DNA from: an uncultured Acidobacteriaceae bacterium | GTDB lineage: Bacteria; Acidobacteriota; Terriglobia; Terriglobales; Acidobacteriaceae | Direction of reading: 5' to 3' | DNA length: 64,000 nt | NCBI GenBank assembly: GCA_963813015.1 | Contig: CAWEXN010000007.1 | Span: forward strand, 209,526 to 273,525 | Shown: positions 33,201 to 43,495 of the stretch, one piece after another | Position numbering within the stretch: the first letter of the stretch is position 1 | Layout: each line of letters starts with the position of its first letter | Program-made: the position numbers and the translations under genes | The notes under the pieces: generated by a model | Told to the model about the DNA's origin: nothing | What the model saw: the letters and a program-made list of their open reading frames with translations, nothing else | Databases searched by the model: none

Positions 33201-34511
33201 TCAGTGAACCATGTTAATGGTGTCCTGCGTGACCGTGTCGAATGTGGTTACTGACTTGGCATTGGCCTCGAAAGCGCGCTGCGCAATAATCAGATCGGAA
33301 AACTCCGTCGAAATATTCACGTTCGATGCTTCCAATGCGTCGTCCTGCACAGTGGCCAGGCCCGATGTGCCCGAAGTTCCAAAAATGGCGGTTCCGCTGG
33401 CTTGCGTGGTCTGATAATCCCCGTTCCCCATTAAGTTCAGACCTTGATCGTTGGCCACGTTAGCCAGAGCCAATTGCCCCACATTCTCCTGCTTGCCGTT
33501 GCTGTAGGTCGCCGTCACAGTCCCGTCGGATCCGATAGTGAACCCGTTGTATTGGCCACTGGTATAGCCGTCTTGTACGGTGCCCGACACCGCGGACTCC
33601 GTGTCCACCTGGCTGATGTTCGGCGTGCCGCCGGCGCTCATGAGGTTCCATTGAATGTTGAGTCCCGCTGCGCCGTCTACCAGCACATTCGTCGCGGCTG
33701 GGTTGAAGTTGAGGTCGATGGACTGCACGTCGTTCGCCGCCGTTCCCACGTTTTCCGCGCCAGCGCCGCCTGGATTGATCGAGGTCAAATTGCCGTCGTC
33801 GTTAAAGGTCATCGTTCCGGTGATCGCCGCCGGCGGTCCATCGGGGGCGACCGCGGAGTAGTCCGCCGCCGGAAGGGCGACTGAATAGTCCCATGTATTG
33901 GCAACCGCGGTCGGCGTAAAAGTTACTGTCACCGTGTGCGACTCACCCAGAGAGTCGTATACCGTCACCTCTGCAGGAAACGGTGTTCCCGCCGCCGTCG
34001 TCGAATCAAGATTGGCGGTCATGGACATGTTGGCGGTGGCCTGCGGCTGCTGTACCGTGCCGACCGGAATGTTGATCGCCTGCAATGGCGCATTGGTGTT
34101 TACCACGCCGCCCGGCGCCGGGTAGCCCATCACGTTCATGCCGTTTGAGGTGACAAGATTGCCATTCGAGTCCAGCGAGAAATTGCCCGCTCGGGAGTAC
34201 TCATAGCCACCGGATCCATTACTGACGACAAAGAAACCGCTGCCGTTTAACGCGACATCCGTGGCATTGCCGGTGGAGTTGATGGACCCTTGCGTGAACG
34301 CGATCTCATTCGAGGCCACCTTCACACCCGCTCCCACCTGAATCGGATCGCCCGAGCCGGTCGAGCCAATCTGCTGGTAAAACAGATCGGAGAAGTTGGT
34401 CGTCTGCGACTTGAAGGCGGTCGTATTCATATTGGAGAGATCGTTCGCAACAGTATTCAATGCAGTAGAATCGGCCTCCAGGCCGGTGAGTGGAATTGAG
34501 AAACTTGCCAT
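33201..34511 (-). CDS. flgE: Flagellar hook protein
   Basis: LTGL...ANDLSNMNTTAFK, TGNATDVALNGSGFF, YSRAGNF, VYDSLG, LEASNVNISTEFSDLIIAQRAFEAN. Confidence 0.95.
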   Translation of the reverse strand: MASFSIPLTGLEADSTALNTVANDLSNMNTTAFKSQTTNFSDLFYQQIGSTGSGDPIQVGAGVKVASNEIAFTQGSINSTGNATDVALNGSGFFVVSNGSGGYEYSRAGNFSLDSNGNLVTSNGMNVMGYPAPGGVVNTNAPLQAINIPVGTVQQPQATANMSMTANLDSTTAAGTPFPAEVTVYDSLGESHTVTVTFTPTAVANTWDYSVALPAADYSAVAPDGPPAAITGTMTFNDDGNLTSINPGGAGAENVGTAANDVQSIDLNFNPAATNVLVDGAAGLNIQWNLMSAGGTPNISQVDTESAVSGTVQDGYTSGQYNGFTIGSDGTVTATYSNGKQENVGQLALANVANDQGLNLMGNGDYQTTQASGTAIFGTSGTSGLATVQDDALEASNVNISTEFSDLIIAQRAFEANAKSVTTFDTVTQDTINMVH

Positions 34512-34641
34512 GGTCCATCTCCTCTTTCGATCTGATCGGTTAGGCGGGCCTCAATGCCCGGCTTCCTCTTGATTCGGATTCGTTTCCCGGGCCTGATCAT
34601 CCGGCTTCGCTTCGGCTCTGCGGGCTGTAGCGTCTGTAGGG

Positions 34642-35259
34642 CTATTGCAATGCAATTGCGCTGCCTTTTGTGTGCTTCAAATGTGCCTGGCCGTCTAATG
34701 CATGTCCAACTTTCTGCGCTGCGACGTTCACGCCCGGCACGCCAAGATTGCCCGGAGCTTGACCGATTGCGGTTGTCTGTGTGACAGACGAGCCGCTCGC
34801 CGAAGATGCACTGGCGGGAGCCACTCCCGATCTGTGCGAAGCTGCCGCTGTTGTCAGCGGACTGGTCGCCGCCGAGCCGTTGGGGGCTGCGGCAACCTGC
34901 GCTGACGAGCCGCTGCCGGAGCTCGTGCCGCCAACATCCCCGCTCAGCGTTTGATTAATGTCGATCAGTTGTTCCAGGCTGTTCACCTGCACAAGTTGAT
35001 TGATGTATTCGTTGGGATCGGTGTCCGCCGTCGGATCCTGGTTCTGCATTTCGGTCACGAGAAGCGTGAGAAAGTCATTGGCCGAGATGGTCGCCGAACC
35101 GCTGCTCGTGTCGCCCGAGCTGCTGGTGCCACCGGTCCCCGACGTTCCGCTTGCCCCGTTCGTTCCGTTGGTCGACCCGTCCATCGGCGATGCGGCCGCC
35201 CCGTTCAACGCCTGCCCCGCCGTCAACGCATGACTGAAAATTGCTGCCGCTGTTCCCAT
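34642..35259 (-). CDS. flgD: Flagellar hook capping protein
   Basis: NDFLTLLVTEMQNQDPTADTDPNEYINQLVQVNSLEQL; RBS before ATG 35259. Confidence 0.9.
   Translation of the reverse strand: MGTAAAIFSHALTAGQALNGAAASPMDGSTNGTNGASGTSGTGGTSSSGDTSSGSATISANDFLTLLVTEMQNQDPTADTDPNEYINQLVQVNSLEQLIDINQTLSGDVGGTSSGSGSSAQVAAAPNGSAATSPLTTAAASHRSGVAPASASSASGSSVTQTTAIGQAPGNLGVPGVNVAAQKVGHALDGQAHLKHTKGSAIALQ
34651..34666 (-). promoter_or_regulatory. Candidate sigma54 promoter for flgE inside flgD 3' end
   Basis: AGGCAGCGCAATTGCA: GG-N10-GC with TTGC -12 element. Confidence 0.35.
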
Positions 35260-35295
35260 CTGCCCCTCCCCGCTGCTTTGTGCTCGAACCTGCAC

Positions 35296-37306
35296 TTATG
35301 CCATCACCGAGATATGCGTGCCACGCCCATCGCGCGCATACGCCATCGCGTCAAATCCGTTTGTCTGTGTCTCAGAGTTTGCGGACGAAACCGCTGCACT
35401 CGCACCTGCGCCCCATTTCGATCCCACGTGCAATGCCGGCCCCTGAGTCTCTTCGCCGTGCTGGCCCGAGCTTTGCTGCATTCCCTGTCCCATACCCTGA
35501 CCGAGGCTCTGATCGAGACGGGCCTCGATGCCGCTGTTTCCGGGAGCGGCCATGGTCAGCGTAGCCACCGGCGTATGGTTTTCCGAGAGGTACGTGCTCA
35601 ATCCCGCTAAGTGCCCGCTCAGCGCCTGCGCTGCCTCTGTCGAACCCGGAACCACCGCCGCATGAACACTACCTCCGCTCAGATCCGCGCGCACTCCGAC
35701 CCAGCCCAGCGCCGGATCCTCGAATCCCGCCTCTGCCTGCCGGCCTCCGGCATGAACCCAGTTCGGCGCGCCAACCGCGGAACCCGCGTCGAGCGCCGCA
35801 AAGGTTTCCTGCGGCGCTGGCGCTGGACTTGTGGCCGTGCTGCCAATTGTCGCCGGAGTGTTCGCGCTTCCCTGCGCGCCCGCTGGATCGCGGACCAAGG
35901 CCGAGGTTTCCATTCCGACGGAGCGCGCCGCGGCGACGTGCTGGCCGATGGGTTGCGAGATTGCCGAATTGACTCCTGCAGATGCTGCTTCATGCGTGGT
36001 CAGCGCCTGCGACCGTTGCTGGCTTTCGGCTGCTGGACTCGCGCTCGGGCTTTCAGCTGCCGTCACTGGAGTTCTCTGCCCGGCTGAGGTTCCGCCAGTC
36101 ACGCTGGACCCACGATGCGCTGCAGATTCCTGGACCAGTGTTCTGGGCTCCTCGATTCCGGGATATGTTCCCAAAGGCTTTGCCTTCGAGACTCCGCCCG
36201 CCACAAGGGGCGCTGACGGCAGAGAATCCTGGGAAAGCGACGCGAATTCTTCCTGCTCTCCGTCCGGCGCGCCGACGCCATTTGCGGCGCCTGCATTGAT
36301 TGCTTGGTTGCCCGGCAAAGTTTGCGCTGGATGAGTCGGAAGCGGTCCGGCTCCGCGCCCACCCGCGCTCGAGTTCGTCGCCGCCGTGTTCGTCGCTGTC
36401 GCGGCGAGCGCTCCAGACAGTGCTCCTTTTGCACTGCTCAACACCATCGCTGGCCTCGGCGCGGGCTGCCCAACGGGCGCAGCTTCAGCACGGCCTCCGT
36501 TCGTAAGGCCTGGCGGCGCGCACCCGCTCAAGATTGCGGACGGAAGATTCGCCTGCAAAAGCGCCCCTGCCTGCGCCGCATACCCATCAACCGTCGACCC
36601 TGCTGCTCCAGTGGCGGCTTGAGCGCCCTGTCCCTGCTCTTCCGCAACCCGCGTTGAGTTGTTCCGGCCTTCGGTCTCCGAAACCGCCCGCGAACTCGCG
36701 CTAACGCCAAAGGTCTTCGTTGTACTCAATGCAGTCGCGCTCTGCGTAACGGCCGCGACGCTTAACCGATTCGTCGCCTGCCGCGGCGGGTTCGCTCTCG
36801 CCGGGTTCTTCGATGAAAGGGCGGCATTTGCCGTCGATCCATTTCTCCAACTGGCTGCGAGCGTCGATTGCGTCGCCGCACGGCCAGCGAATGCCAGTGC
36901 CACTCCGATGCTTCTCGCCGCCTAGGCCGCCGCCGCTTTCGTTTCCTGCTTTGGTTTCGTCCGATTCGCCTTCGACTTCTTCCGGGGGCTCTCCGGCGCT
37001 GCCCGCCGACCCGCTCCACAGGCGCTGCATCGGCTGCCAATTTGCTTTGATGCTTTCGCTACCCGCGAACCGTGCATTGCTTCCAACCGACGCAATGGCC
37101 AATTTTTCGCTCGTGCCGTTGCCGGGCAAAGCCAAAGTCTGGTCCAGCGCCGCACTTCCGCCGGCCCGTTCAAATGCGGCGCCAAAGTCTGTGCGGATGT
37201 CAGTCGCCGAGCCAGTTCCCACGTCCATCCCCGCAGCAGTCCCGGCTGCTAACCCCACTCCTAATTCTTCGACCCGGCCCAGGTCCGTGCTGACGGCGAC
37301 GGTCAT
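35296..37306 (-). CDS. fliK: Flagellar hook-length control protein (probable frameshift near 36920)
   Basis: Low-complexity Ala/Ser/Thr/Gly body; C-terminal AEAGFEDPALGWVGVRA...LSGHLAGLSTYL domain; position between fliJ and flgD. Confidence 0.75.
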
Positions 37307-37317
37307 GCAAGGTTGAA

Positions 37318-37335
37318 ATGCAGTAGAAGTGCCAA
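37318..37335 (-). promoter_or_regulatory. Candidate sigma54 (-24/-12) promoter upstream of fliK
   Basis: TTGGCACTTCTACTGCAT: TGGCAC and exact GG-N10-GC spacing in an AT-rich spacer. Confidence 0.55.
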
Positions 37336-37540
37336 AGTGTTGCTGAAGGGGTTAGGAAGTTTTCAAAAATGGAAGATTGATTCCATTTAAGGAAACTTTG
37401 TTCAAATGCTGTCGTTTTGCCCTCAAGTTTCCGGCACGAGCAACGCGCAACTTCAAACCAATTCTTTTCTCTCGGCGCCCTCTCCGTTCTCATTCTCGCG
37501 CGGCACTGCGAGCATCATGTTTGCGCGAACCGCGACGGCA

Positions 37541-37996
37541 TCAACCCTTTTTAACGGCTCCATCTCCACACCCCGTGCCCCGCAGGAACCAGTCGTCAAT
37601 CTCCCGCTGCGCGCGGCGTCCGGCCACAATTGCCTCCGCGGCCTTCGTCTTCGAGATCAGCGTCTCCACCTGCCGCCGCTCCATTCTTTTCGCCAGGAAC
37701 GCCGCCAGCCGCGCCGCAACCTCGGCTTCCATCTCCGCGATCCTCGGCTTGAGCCCCGCAACGCGACGGCTTGCCGCACGCGTCTCCTCAAGGCCTGCAA
37801 TCCTGTCGGCCACATCGGCAGAGGCCGCGCTCGCCGTCACATGCCGGCGTCCGCTGCGCTCGCGCTCCCGGGCCGCCTCGAGTGCCGCTTCGAGTAAATG
37901 CAAATTCCCTAGTGCCTCCTCAAGTGCCGACTGGCTCAGTTCCTCTTCAAGCCCTCGTACCTGGAACAGTCGTTGCAGGCCGCGTGATGGCGCCAT
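37541..37996 (-). CDS. fliJ: Flagellar export protein FliJ
   Basis: Helical 151 aa ORF directly after fliI; RRQVETL, QREIDDW C-terminal pattern. Confidence 0.75.
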   Translation of the reverse strand: MAPSRGLQRLFQVRGLEEELSQSALEEALGNLHLLEAALEAARERERSGRRHVTASAASADVADRIAGLEETRAASRRVAGLKPRIAEMEAEVAARLAAFLAKRMERRQVETLISKTKAAEAIVAGRRAQREIDDWFLRGTGCGDGAVKKG

Positions 37997-37999
37997 CGC

Positions 38000-39313
38000 T
38001 CAAATTTCTCCCGCCAGTGCGGCCAGGCGGCACAGGCTGTCGGTCAATCCAACTTGCTCCCGCGCGTCCTGCGTAAGAAATGCGCGAGTCGCCTCACGCG
38101 CACCGAGCGCGCGGTCCAGTTCCGGGTCTGCGCCCGCCTTGTACGCGCCGATGCGCACCAGATCCTCCGAGCGCGCGTAGACCGCCATCAGTTTCCGCAC
38201 CAGTGCCGCCTGCTCGCGATGGTCCTCCGCGGCCACGGCGGGCATCAACCGGCTGATCGAATCGAGCACCGCGATGGGCGGATACCAACCCTCGGAAGCA
38301 AGCGCGCGATCGAGCACCACATGCCCATCGAGCAGCGCCCGGACCGCGTCCACCAGCGGATCCTGCTGATCGTCGCCCTCCATCAACACGGTATAGAACG
38401 CCGTAATCGAGCCTGTGCGGAAGCGTCCCGCGCGTTCAATCAATCGCGCCAGCCGCGCAAACACCGAGGGCGTGTATCCTTTCGCCGTGGGCGGCTCTCC
38501 AGCCGCCAGGCCGATCTCTCGCGCCGCCATGGCAAAGCGCGTAAGCGAATCGAGCACCAGCAAAACATTTTTTCCCCCGGCGGCAAAGAACTCGGCCACC
38601 ACGGTGGCCGCAAGCGCCGCGCGCATGCGCAGCAGGGGCGATTGATCGGATGTCGAAACCACGACTACTGCGCGCTGCAAACCCTCGGCGCCAAGCGAGT
38701 CGCGCAGGAACTCGCCCACCTCGCGGCCGCGCTCGCCGACCAGGCCAACCACCGTCACCTCGGCCTCGGTATTGCGCGTCATCATGCCGATCAGCGTGCT
38801 CTTGCCCACACCCGACCCCCCAAAGATTCCCACCCGCTGCCCGCGTCCCACGGTAAGCAACGCATCGATCGAGCGAATGCCCGTGCCCAAAGGCTCCTGA
38901 ATGGGCACTCGGTCAAACGGCGAGCGCACCGCGCCATCGAGAGGCAGCGACTTTGCGAGACTCAGCGCGCGGCCGCCGTCGATCGGCACTCCCAGTGCGT
39001 TCAACACACGACCGATCAGCGCCGGGCCCACTTCGATTTGCGGCATCACGCCCTCGGACCACACGGGATCGCCGAAACGAATACCGTCGGCAGCCTCCAC
39101 CGGCATCGACAACACATTCGACCCGCGAAAGCCCACCACTTCCGCAGCGTGCTCGCGCCCCAACTGATCCTCAATCTCGCAACACTCGCCCACCGAAACC
39201 GGCGGCCCTGCGGACTCGATGGTCTGGCCGACCGACTCAATCACCTTGCCGCGCCAGCGCCACGGCTGCCTGTGCTCAAGCCGCGCAAAGTAGTGTTCGA
39301 GCTGTGTGGTCAT
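38000..39313 (-). CDS. fliI: Flagellar export ATPase
   Basis: GGSGVGKS Walker A, GERGREV, DSLTRFAMAAREIG, GEPP..KGY, GSITAFYTVLMEGDD. Confidence 0.95.
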   Translation of the reverse strand: MTTQLEHYFARLEHRQPWRWRGKVIESVGQTIESAGPPVSVGECCEIEDQLGREHAAEVVGFRGSNVLSMPVEAADGIRFGDPVWSEGVMPQIEVGPALIGRVLNALGVPIDGGRALSLAKSLPLDGAVRSPFDRVPIQEPLGTGIRSIDALLTVGRGQRVGIFGGSGVGKSTLIGMMTRNTEAEVTVVGLVGERGREVGEFLRDSLGAEGLQRAVVVVSTSDQSPLLRMRAALAATVVAEFFAAGGKNVLLVLDSLTRFAMAAREIGLAAGEPPTAKGYTPSVFARLARLIERAGRFRTGSITAFYTVLMEGDDQQDPLVDAVRALLDGHVVLDRALASEGWYPPIAVLDSISRLMPAVAAEDHREQAALVRKLMAVYARSEDLVRIGAYKAGADPELDRALGAREATRAFLTQDAREQVGLTDSLCRLAALAGEI

Positions 39314-40086
39314 GCGCGCGCCTCGAACGCATTCGGCGCTACACTTTGAGTTGGCGCTGCAGCCGCCCCAACCGGCTCAGCCGCCGCGCGATCGAAGAAT
39401 CCGCGTTCGATTTCGGCGAGTTGCGCGCGCACGCCGAGGTCAACCGTTCCCACATGGCTCTCGATTCTGCAATCGCCAAGGCGCATTCCTTCGCCCTCCG
39501 CCACTTGGGGCTTTATCGCCAGGTGCGGCAGATGCGCGATCGCCTCCCGCCACAGCTCGAGCTCCGCCGCGGGCACCAGCAATCGCACCTCGGACGAGGC
39601 CGCCAGTTGTCCCAGCGCGACGCGCACTGCCCCGGTCAAGAGCAGCGGATCCATTTGTGCCTCGCGCCGCAAAATGCGCGACGCCGCTGCCAACGCCAGC
39701 TTTACCACTTCCTGCTCCACCGCACGCAGATAGCGCTCGCTCTCCTCCGCAAAGCGCACAACCAGTGCGCCAAGTTGCCGTTTCTGTCTCTCCGCCTCGG
39801 CGGCCATCGCCGCCGCCTGCGTCTCGCGCTCGGCCTTGCGGCCTTCTTCGCGTCCCCGCGCGCGTCCGCCTTCAAACGACCGCGACGCCGCTTCGGTCTC
39901 GTTTTCGCTTGAAGAGGGCCCCGCGCTGTTTCCGCGCGCATTTCGGGTTCGGCCCTGCGCCGAAGCCGCCGCAACCTCGCCCCCGGCATCCACCCAGCCA
40001 TTCCACTCTGTCGCGGCCACGCCGGGGCAGGCCGGATAATCGAGTACTTCAAGCTCGTTCCCCCCGACCTCATCCTCATTGGCCAT
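39310..40086 (-). CDS. fliH: Flagellar assembly protein FliH
   Basis: FEGGRARGREEG repeats, GDCRIESHVGTVD C-terminus; ATGA overlap with fliI. Confidence 0.85.
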   Translation of the reverse strand: MANEDEVGGNELEVLDYPACPGVAATEWNGWVDAGGEVAAASAQGRTRNARGNSAGPSSSENETEAASRSFEGGRARGREEGRKAERETQAAAMAAEAERQKRQLGALVVRFAEESERYLRAVEQEVVKLALAAASRILRREAQMDPLLLTGAVRVALGQLAASSEVRLLVPAAELELWREAIAHLPHLAIKPQVAEGEGMRLGDCRIESHVGTVDLGVRAQLAEIERGFFDRAAAEPVGAAAAPTQSVAPNAFEARA

Positions 40087-40100
40087 TGCCGCCTCTGTCC

Positions 40101-40142
40101 CGGTCTCCCTGATCCCTGTTCGCTATTCCCTTTTCCCTGTTT
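40101..40142 (-). repeat. Degenerate heptamer array (GAACAGG-type) between fliG and fliH
   Basis: AAACAGG GAAAAGG GAATAGC GAACAGG GATCAGG GAGACCG. Confidence 0.8.
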
Positions 40143-40145
40143 CTT

Positions 40146-41198
40146 TCAGGCCAGCATTTCGTCGCCGGTTTCGAGCTTGAGAATTACCTTGCCTTCGGCC
40201 TCCAGCCGCCGCGCCAGATTCAGAATCTCCTGCTGCGCCTGCGCCACTTCGCGCGAGCGCACCGGGCCCAGCACCTCCATATCTTCCTTCAGCATCTCGA
40301 CGGCGCGCGAACTCATGGCCTTGAAGATCTGCGCGCGAAGCTCGTCGTTCGCGCCGCGCAATGCCAGCGCCAGCTGCCGCTTGTCGACGCCGGACACAAT
40401 CTCGCGAATGGTCGCCGCCGGCACGGTGATCAAATCCTCGAAGGTGAACATCAGGTTGCGAATGCTCAACGCCAGCTCCGGCTGGTTCTCTTCAATGGTT
40501 TCCAGAATCTTCTTCGACTCCTCGGCGTTCAGCCGATTCAAAAGATCCGCCACGGCCTTGAAGCCGGAGTAACTGCGGCGCGCCGTGTCGCCCACGCTCT
40601 CCAGGCGGCGGTGCAGAATCAACGCCACCTTCTGCGCCATCTCCGGAGAAAACTGCCGCATCTCCGCCAGGCGCTGGATGGAGACGACCTTGTGCTCTTC
40701 GCTCAGGTTGTCGAGCACCGTCGAGGCGCGCTTGGGATCGAGGTGCGCCAATACCAGGGCGATGGTCTGCGGATGCTCGGAGTCGAGCAGCTTGCCCAGC
40801 TGTTGCGGATCGGTACGCTGCAGCTTGGCCAGGTTGCCCTGCGCCGCCTCCTGCGAGCGCCGCATCAACGCCATCATGTCCTCGGCGCGCTGCTTGCCGA
40901 AGGCTTCGATCAGCACACGGCTGGCGTAATCCAGGCCCCCGTGCACCATGAAGTTCTGCGTGTCCAGCAGGCCCCAGAACTCCTCCAGCACTTCGGCCGA
41001 AAGCTCCGGCGTGATGCCGCGCAGGTCAGCAAGCTCCTCGGTGATCTGCTGGACGTCGTTTTCCGGCAGGCAGCGCAGAACTTCCTTGGCCAGTTCCTCG
41101 CCGACGGCAACCAGCAGGATCGCCGCCTTGCGCACGCCGGAGAGGTTCGCCGCCGCTCGGTGCCGCGCTGCTCCGCTCTCGATTCCCTGCTCCGCCAA
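40146..41198 (-). CDS. fliG: Flagellar motor switch protein
   Basis: RKAAILL, GGLDYA, EHPQTIALVL, MFTFEDL, MSSRAVEMLKED, QQEI. Confidence 0.95.
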   Translation of the reverse strand: MAEQGIESGAARHRAAANLSGVRKAAILLVAVGEELAKEVLRCLPENDVQQITEELADLRGITPELSAEVLEEFWGLLDTQNFMVHGGLDYASRVLIEAFGKQRAEDMMALMRRSQEAAQGNLAKLQRTDPQQLGKLLDSEHPQTIALVLAHLDPKRASTVLDNLSEEHKVVSIQRLAEMRQFSPEMAQKVALILHRRLESVGDTARRSYSGFKAVADLLNRLNAEESKKILETIEENQPELALSIRNLMFTFEDLITVPAATIREIVSGVDKRQLALALRGANDELRAQIFKAMSSRAVEMLKEDMEVLGPVRSREVAQAQQEILNLARRLEAEGKVILKLETGDEMLA

Positions 41199-41261
41199 GG
41201 CCCGTTCCTTTCCCCGACTCGTTCCGCGGCTTTGGCCACGATCAGGTCCGGCCGACGTCCG

Positions 41262-42914
41262 CTACTCCGAGTGAATCCAGCTCTGCAACAAGCGTGAGCT
41301 TTGCGTAGGTTCCCGCTTGATGTGTCCCGTCACCTGCTCGTAGATCTCCAGATTGCGCTGCCGCTCGGGATCGATCGGCGCCGGCTCGGGCGTGCCCAAT
41401 GCCGGGGGCGAAGCGGAGGACGTCAACTCCCTGCTGGCTGCTTTTTGCGGGCTGCGCACGGCCAGCGCCGCTCCGGCGCGGCGAATGGCGGGGCGTACGG
41501 CAAATGCCACCACCACAAAAAGTCCCACGAGCAGCGCGGCATACTTCACCAGCATCGGCGAACTCTCCGCGTCATTCAGAAGCTGCTCGGAGACGGCAAG
41601 CGGCGCCTGACCCTGATTGCTGTCGAAGGTAAGGTCCTGAACCGTGACCACGTCACCGCGTGTGATGTCGAAGCCCACCGCGGCCTGGGCCAGAGCGGTC
41701 AGGTTGCGCAGCTCGTCGGCTGATCGCGGCTGCCAGATAGCCGCGTGGTTCTTCGTCGCGGGCGATTGCAGCCGGTCATTGACCACAATGGCCGCGGTCA
41801 GGCGGCGCACGCGCCCAGGACTGTTCACTGTGTGCCGCACGGTTTTCGAAACGCCGTAGGTGCTCGATTCGCTCTTTGCGGTCTGGGGCGGCGCGGTTTC
41901 GCGCGGATAGACGGGCAATGCCTGCGTATTGGGGGCGTTCGACGCAGTGCCTGGAACTCCGGCGGCCACCGGTTGCGCCCCCGTTGTCTGGTCGGTGCGC
42001 TGCATGGCGAGAGTCGCCGTCTTGTCTGGATCGTAGACTTCCGCCGTCTCATCGGTGGCCGTTTCGTCGTAGTCCAGCGTGACCGAAGCGCGCACGTTGC
42101 CCGCGCCGGTCACGGGCTCGAGCGTCGAGATGAGCTTGTCCTCCAGCGCCTGCTCGGCGCTCAATTGCATTGCTTCCGGTGTCTTCGGGCCCAAGGGCAG
42201 GTTGCCCGACGCGTCTACCAGCACCACGTGATCCGGAGTCAGTCCGTCGACCGCCGAGGCGACGAGATTGCGAATCGCCTCCGGTTCTCCGTCGGCCAGC
42301 GTGCTGCGCCGCAGCTTGAGCACGACCGACGCCTTGGCCGGCCGCTCCTGGCCTTGAAAAAGTGAATCGTGCGGCAGCACAAGATGCACGCGCGCTGACT
42401 GCACATCGGAAAGCGATCCCACGGTGTGCTCGAGTTCGCCTTCGAGAGCTCTTTGATAATTCACCTGCTCGTCGAACTCCGACCCCACCCAGTTCGGCTT
42501 GTCGAAGATCTCAAAACCCAGCCGTCCGCTCTTCACGCCGCCCTTGGCCGCGGTCGCGAGGCGTGCCTTGTCCAGTTCGGCGGCGGGAACCAGAATTCCC
42601 GCGCCATCGGGGGATGCTTCAAAGGGAATCTGCGCCTGAGTGAGCGTCTGCCCGATCTGGCGCGCATCGTCCGGATCGAGATTCATGTAGAGCGTGCGCC
42701 AGTCGGGGCTCATGGCGTACCAGGTCAGCCCGCCGATCAGGCCGATCAGCATCAGCGCGCTCACCACCACCCAACCGCGCTGCGCCGCGGCCATCTGGGC
42801 CCAGCGCACCCGGATCAACCCCAGAAGCCCCGGCAACCTGCCGCCCGTCTGCATCCTTCCCGGCACTGGCGGAGGAGTTTTTTCCAACTGTGTTCCCGTG
42901 GCCATGGTCGTCAA
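41262..42914 (-). CDS. fliF: Flagellar MS-ring protein
   Basis: GFEIFD, YQRALEGELE, SARVHLVLP, ASVVL, LVASAVDGL, two TM anchors; start 42914 (TTG) or 42905 (ATG). Confidence 0.95.
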   Translation of the reverse strand: MTTMATGTQLEKTPPPVPGRMQTGGRLPGLLGLIRVRWAQMAAAQRGWVVVSALMLIGLIGGLTWYAMSPDWRTLYMNLDPDDARQIGQTLTQAQIPFEASPDGAGILVPAAELDKARLATAAKGGVKSGRLGFEIFDKPNWVGSEFDEQVNYQRALEGELEHTVGSLSDVQSARVHLVLPHDSLFQGQERPAKASVVLKLRRSTLADGEPEAIRNLVASAVDGLTPDHVVLVDASGNLPLGPKTPEAMQLSAEQALEDKLISTLEPVTGAGNVRASVTLDYDETATDETAEVYDPDKTATLAMQRTDQTTGAQPVAAGVPGTASNAPNTQALPVYPRETAPPQTAKSESSTYGVSKTVRHTVNSPGRVRRLTAAIVVNDRLQSPATKNHAAIWQPRSADELRNLTALAQAAVGFDITRGDVVTVQDLTFDSNQGQAPLAVSEQLLNDAESSPMLVKYAALLVGLFVVVAFAVRPAIRRAGAALAVRSPQKAASRELTSSASPPALGTPEPAPIDPERQRNLEIYEQVTGHIKREPTQSSRLLQSWIHSE

Positions 42915-42917
42915 CCC

Positions 42918-42938
42918 AGCTTCTAGCTACTAGCTACG
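42918..42938 (-). repeat. AGCT-type heptamer array just upstream of fliF
   Basis: Plus strand AGCTTCT AGCTACT AGCTACG. Confidence 0.6.
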
Positions 42939-43022
42939 TCCTACTCCCCACATGAATCACTCGCCTAGAACCGAGTTCGTTCTTTAGTTCGCCTCGCCTG
43001 AGAACGCCTCGACGCACCATCC

Positions 43023-43057
43023 AGCTAGGAGCTAAAGGCTAGAAGCTGGAAGCTGCT
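43023..43057 (-). repeat. AGCT-type heptamer array after fliE stop
   Basis: Plus strand AGCTAGG AGCTAAA GGCTAGA AGCTGGA AGCTGCT. Confidence 0.8.
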
Positions 43058-43058
43058 T

Positions 43059-43382
43059 TTAGAACTGCATGCCCATCACGCTCTGGTACGCCTGCACCGC
43101 CTTGTTGCGCACAGCCAGCGCTAATTCAAAAGCCATGTCCGCCTTCTCGGTCGCGATCATCGCCTGGTGCACATCGACGCCGGAGCCTGTCATCAGGCCG
43201 CTGACAGCCGCGTTGGCCTCATTCTCGAGCCGGCTCACGTCGCCCACCGCGTCGGTGATCAGGTCAGAGAACGGCGCCGCAGAGGCTCCTGCCGGTCCGG
43301 CCGCAGAGAGCACGCTGGATGTGCTGGTGCCCGTCAATGCCGCGCCTGCGATCGCACCGACGGCATTTGTCGCAATCAACAT
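43059..43382 (-). CDS. fliE: Flagellar hook-basal body protein
   Basis: FSDLI..A, VHQAMIATEKADMAFELALAVRNKAVQAYQSVMGMQF; GGAGG RBS before ATG 43382. Confidence 0.92.
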   Translation of the reverse strand: MLIATNAVGAIAGAALTGTSTSSVLSAAGPAGASAAPFSDLITDAVGDVSRLENEANAAVSGLMTGSGVDVHQAMIATEKADMAFELALAVRNKAVQAYQSVMGMQF

Positions 43383-43446
43383 TTTCCGCACCTCCATTCG
43401 TGGATTTCGAATCGTTCCTCTGTTCCTGTCTTTGCTTTTGTCCTTG

Positions 43447-43495
43447 CTTTTCCTATTTCCTATTCCCTGCTCCCTATTCCCCAATCCGTGTTCCC
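43447..43495 (-). repeat. GGGAATA-type heptamer array after flgC stop
   Basis: GGGAACA CGGATTG GGGAATA GGGAGCA GGGAATA GGAAATA GGAAAAG. Confidence 0.8.
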
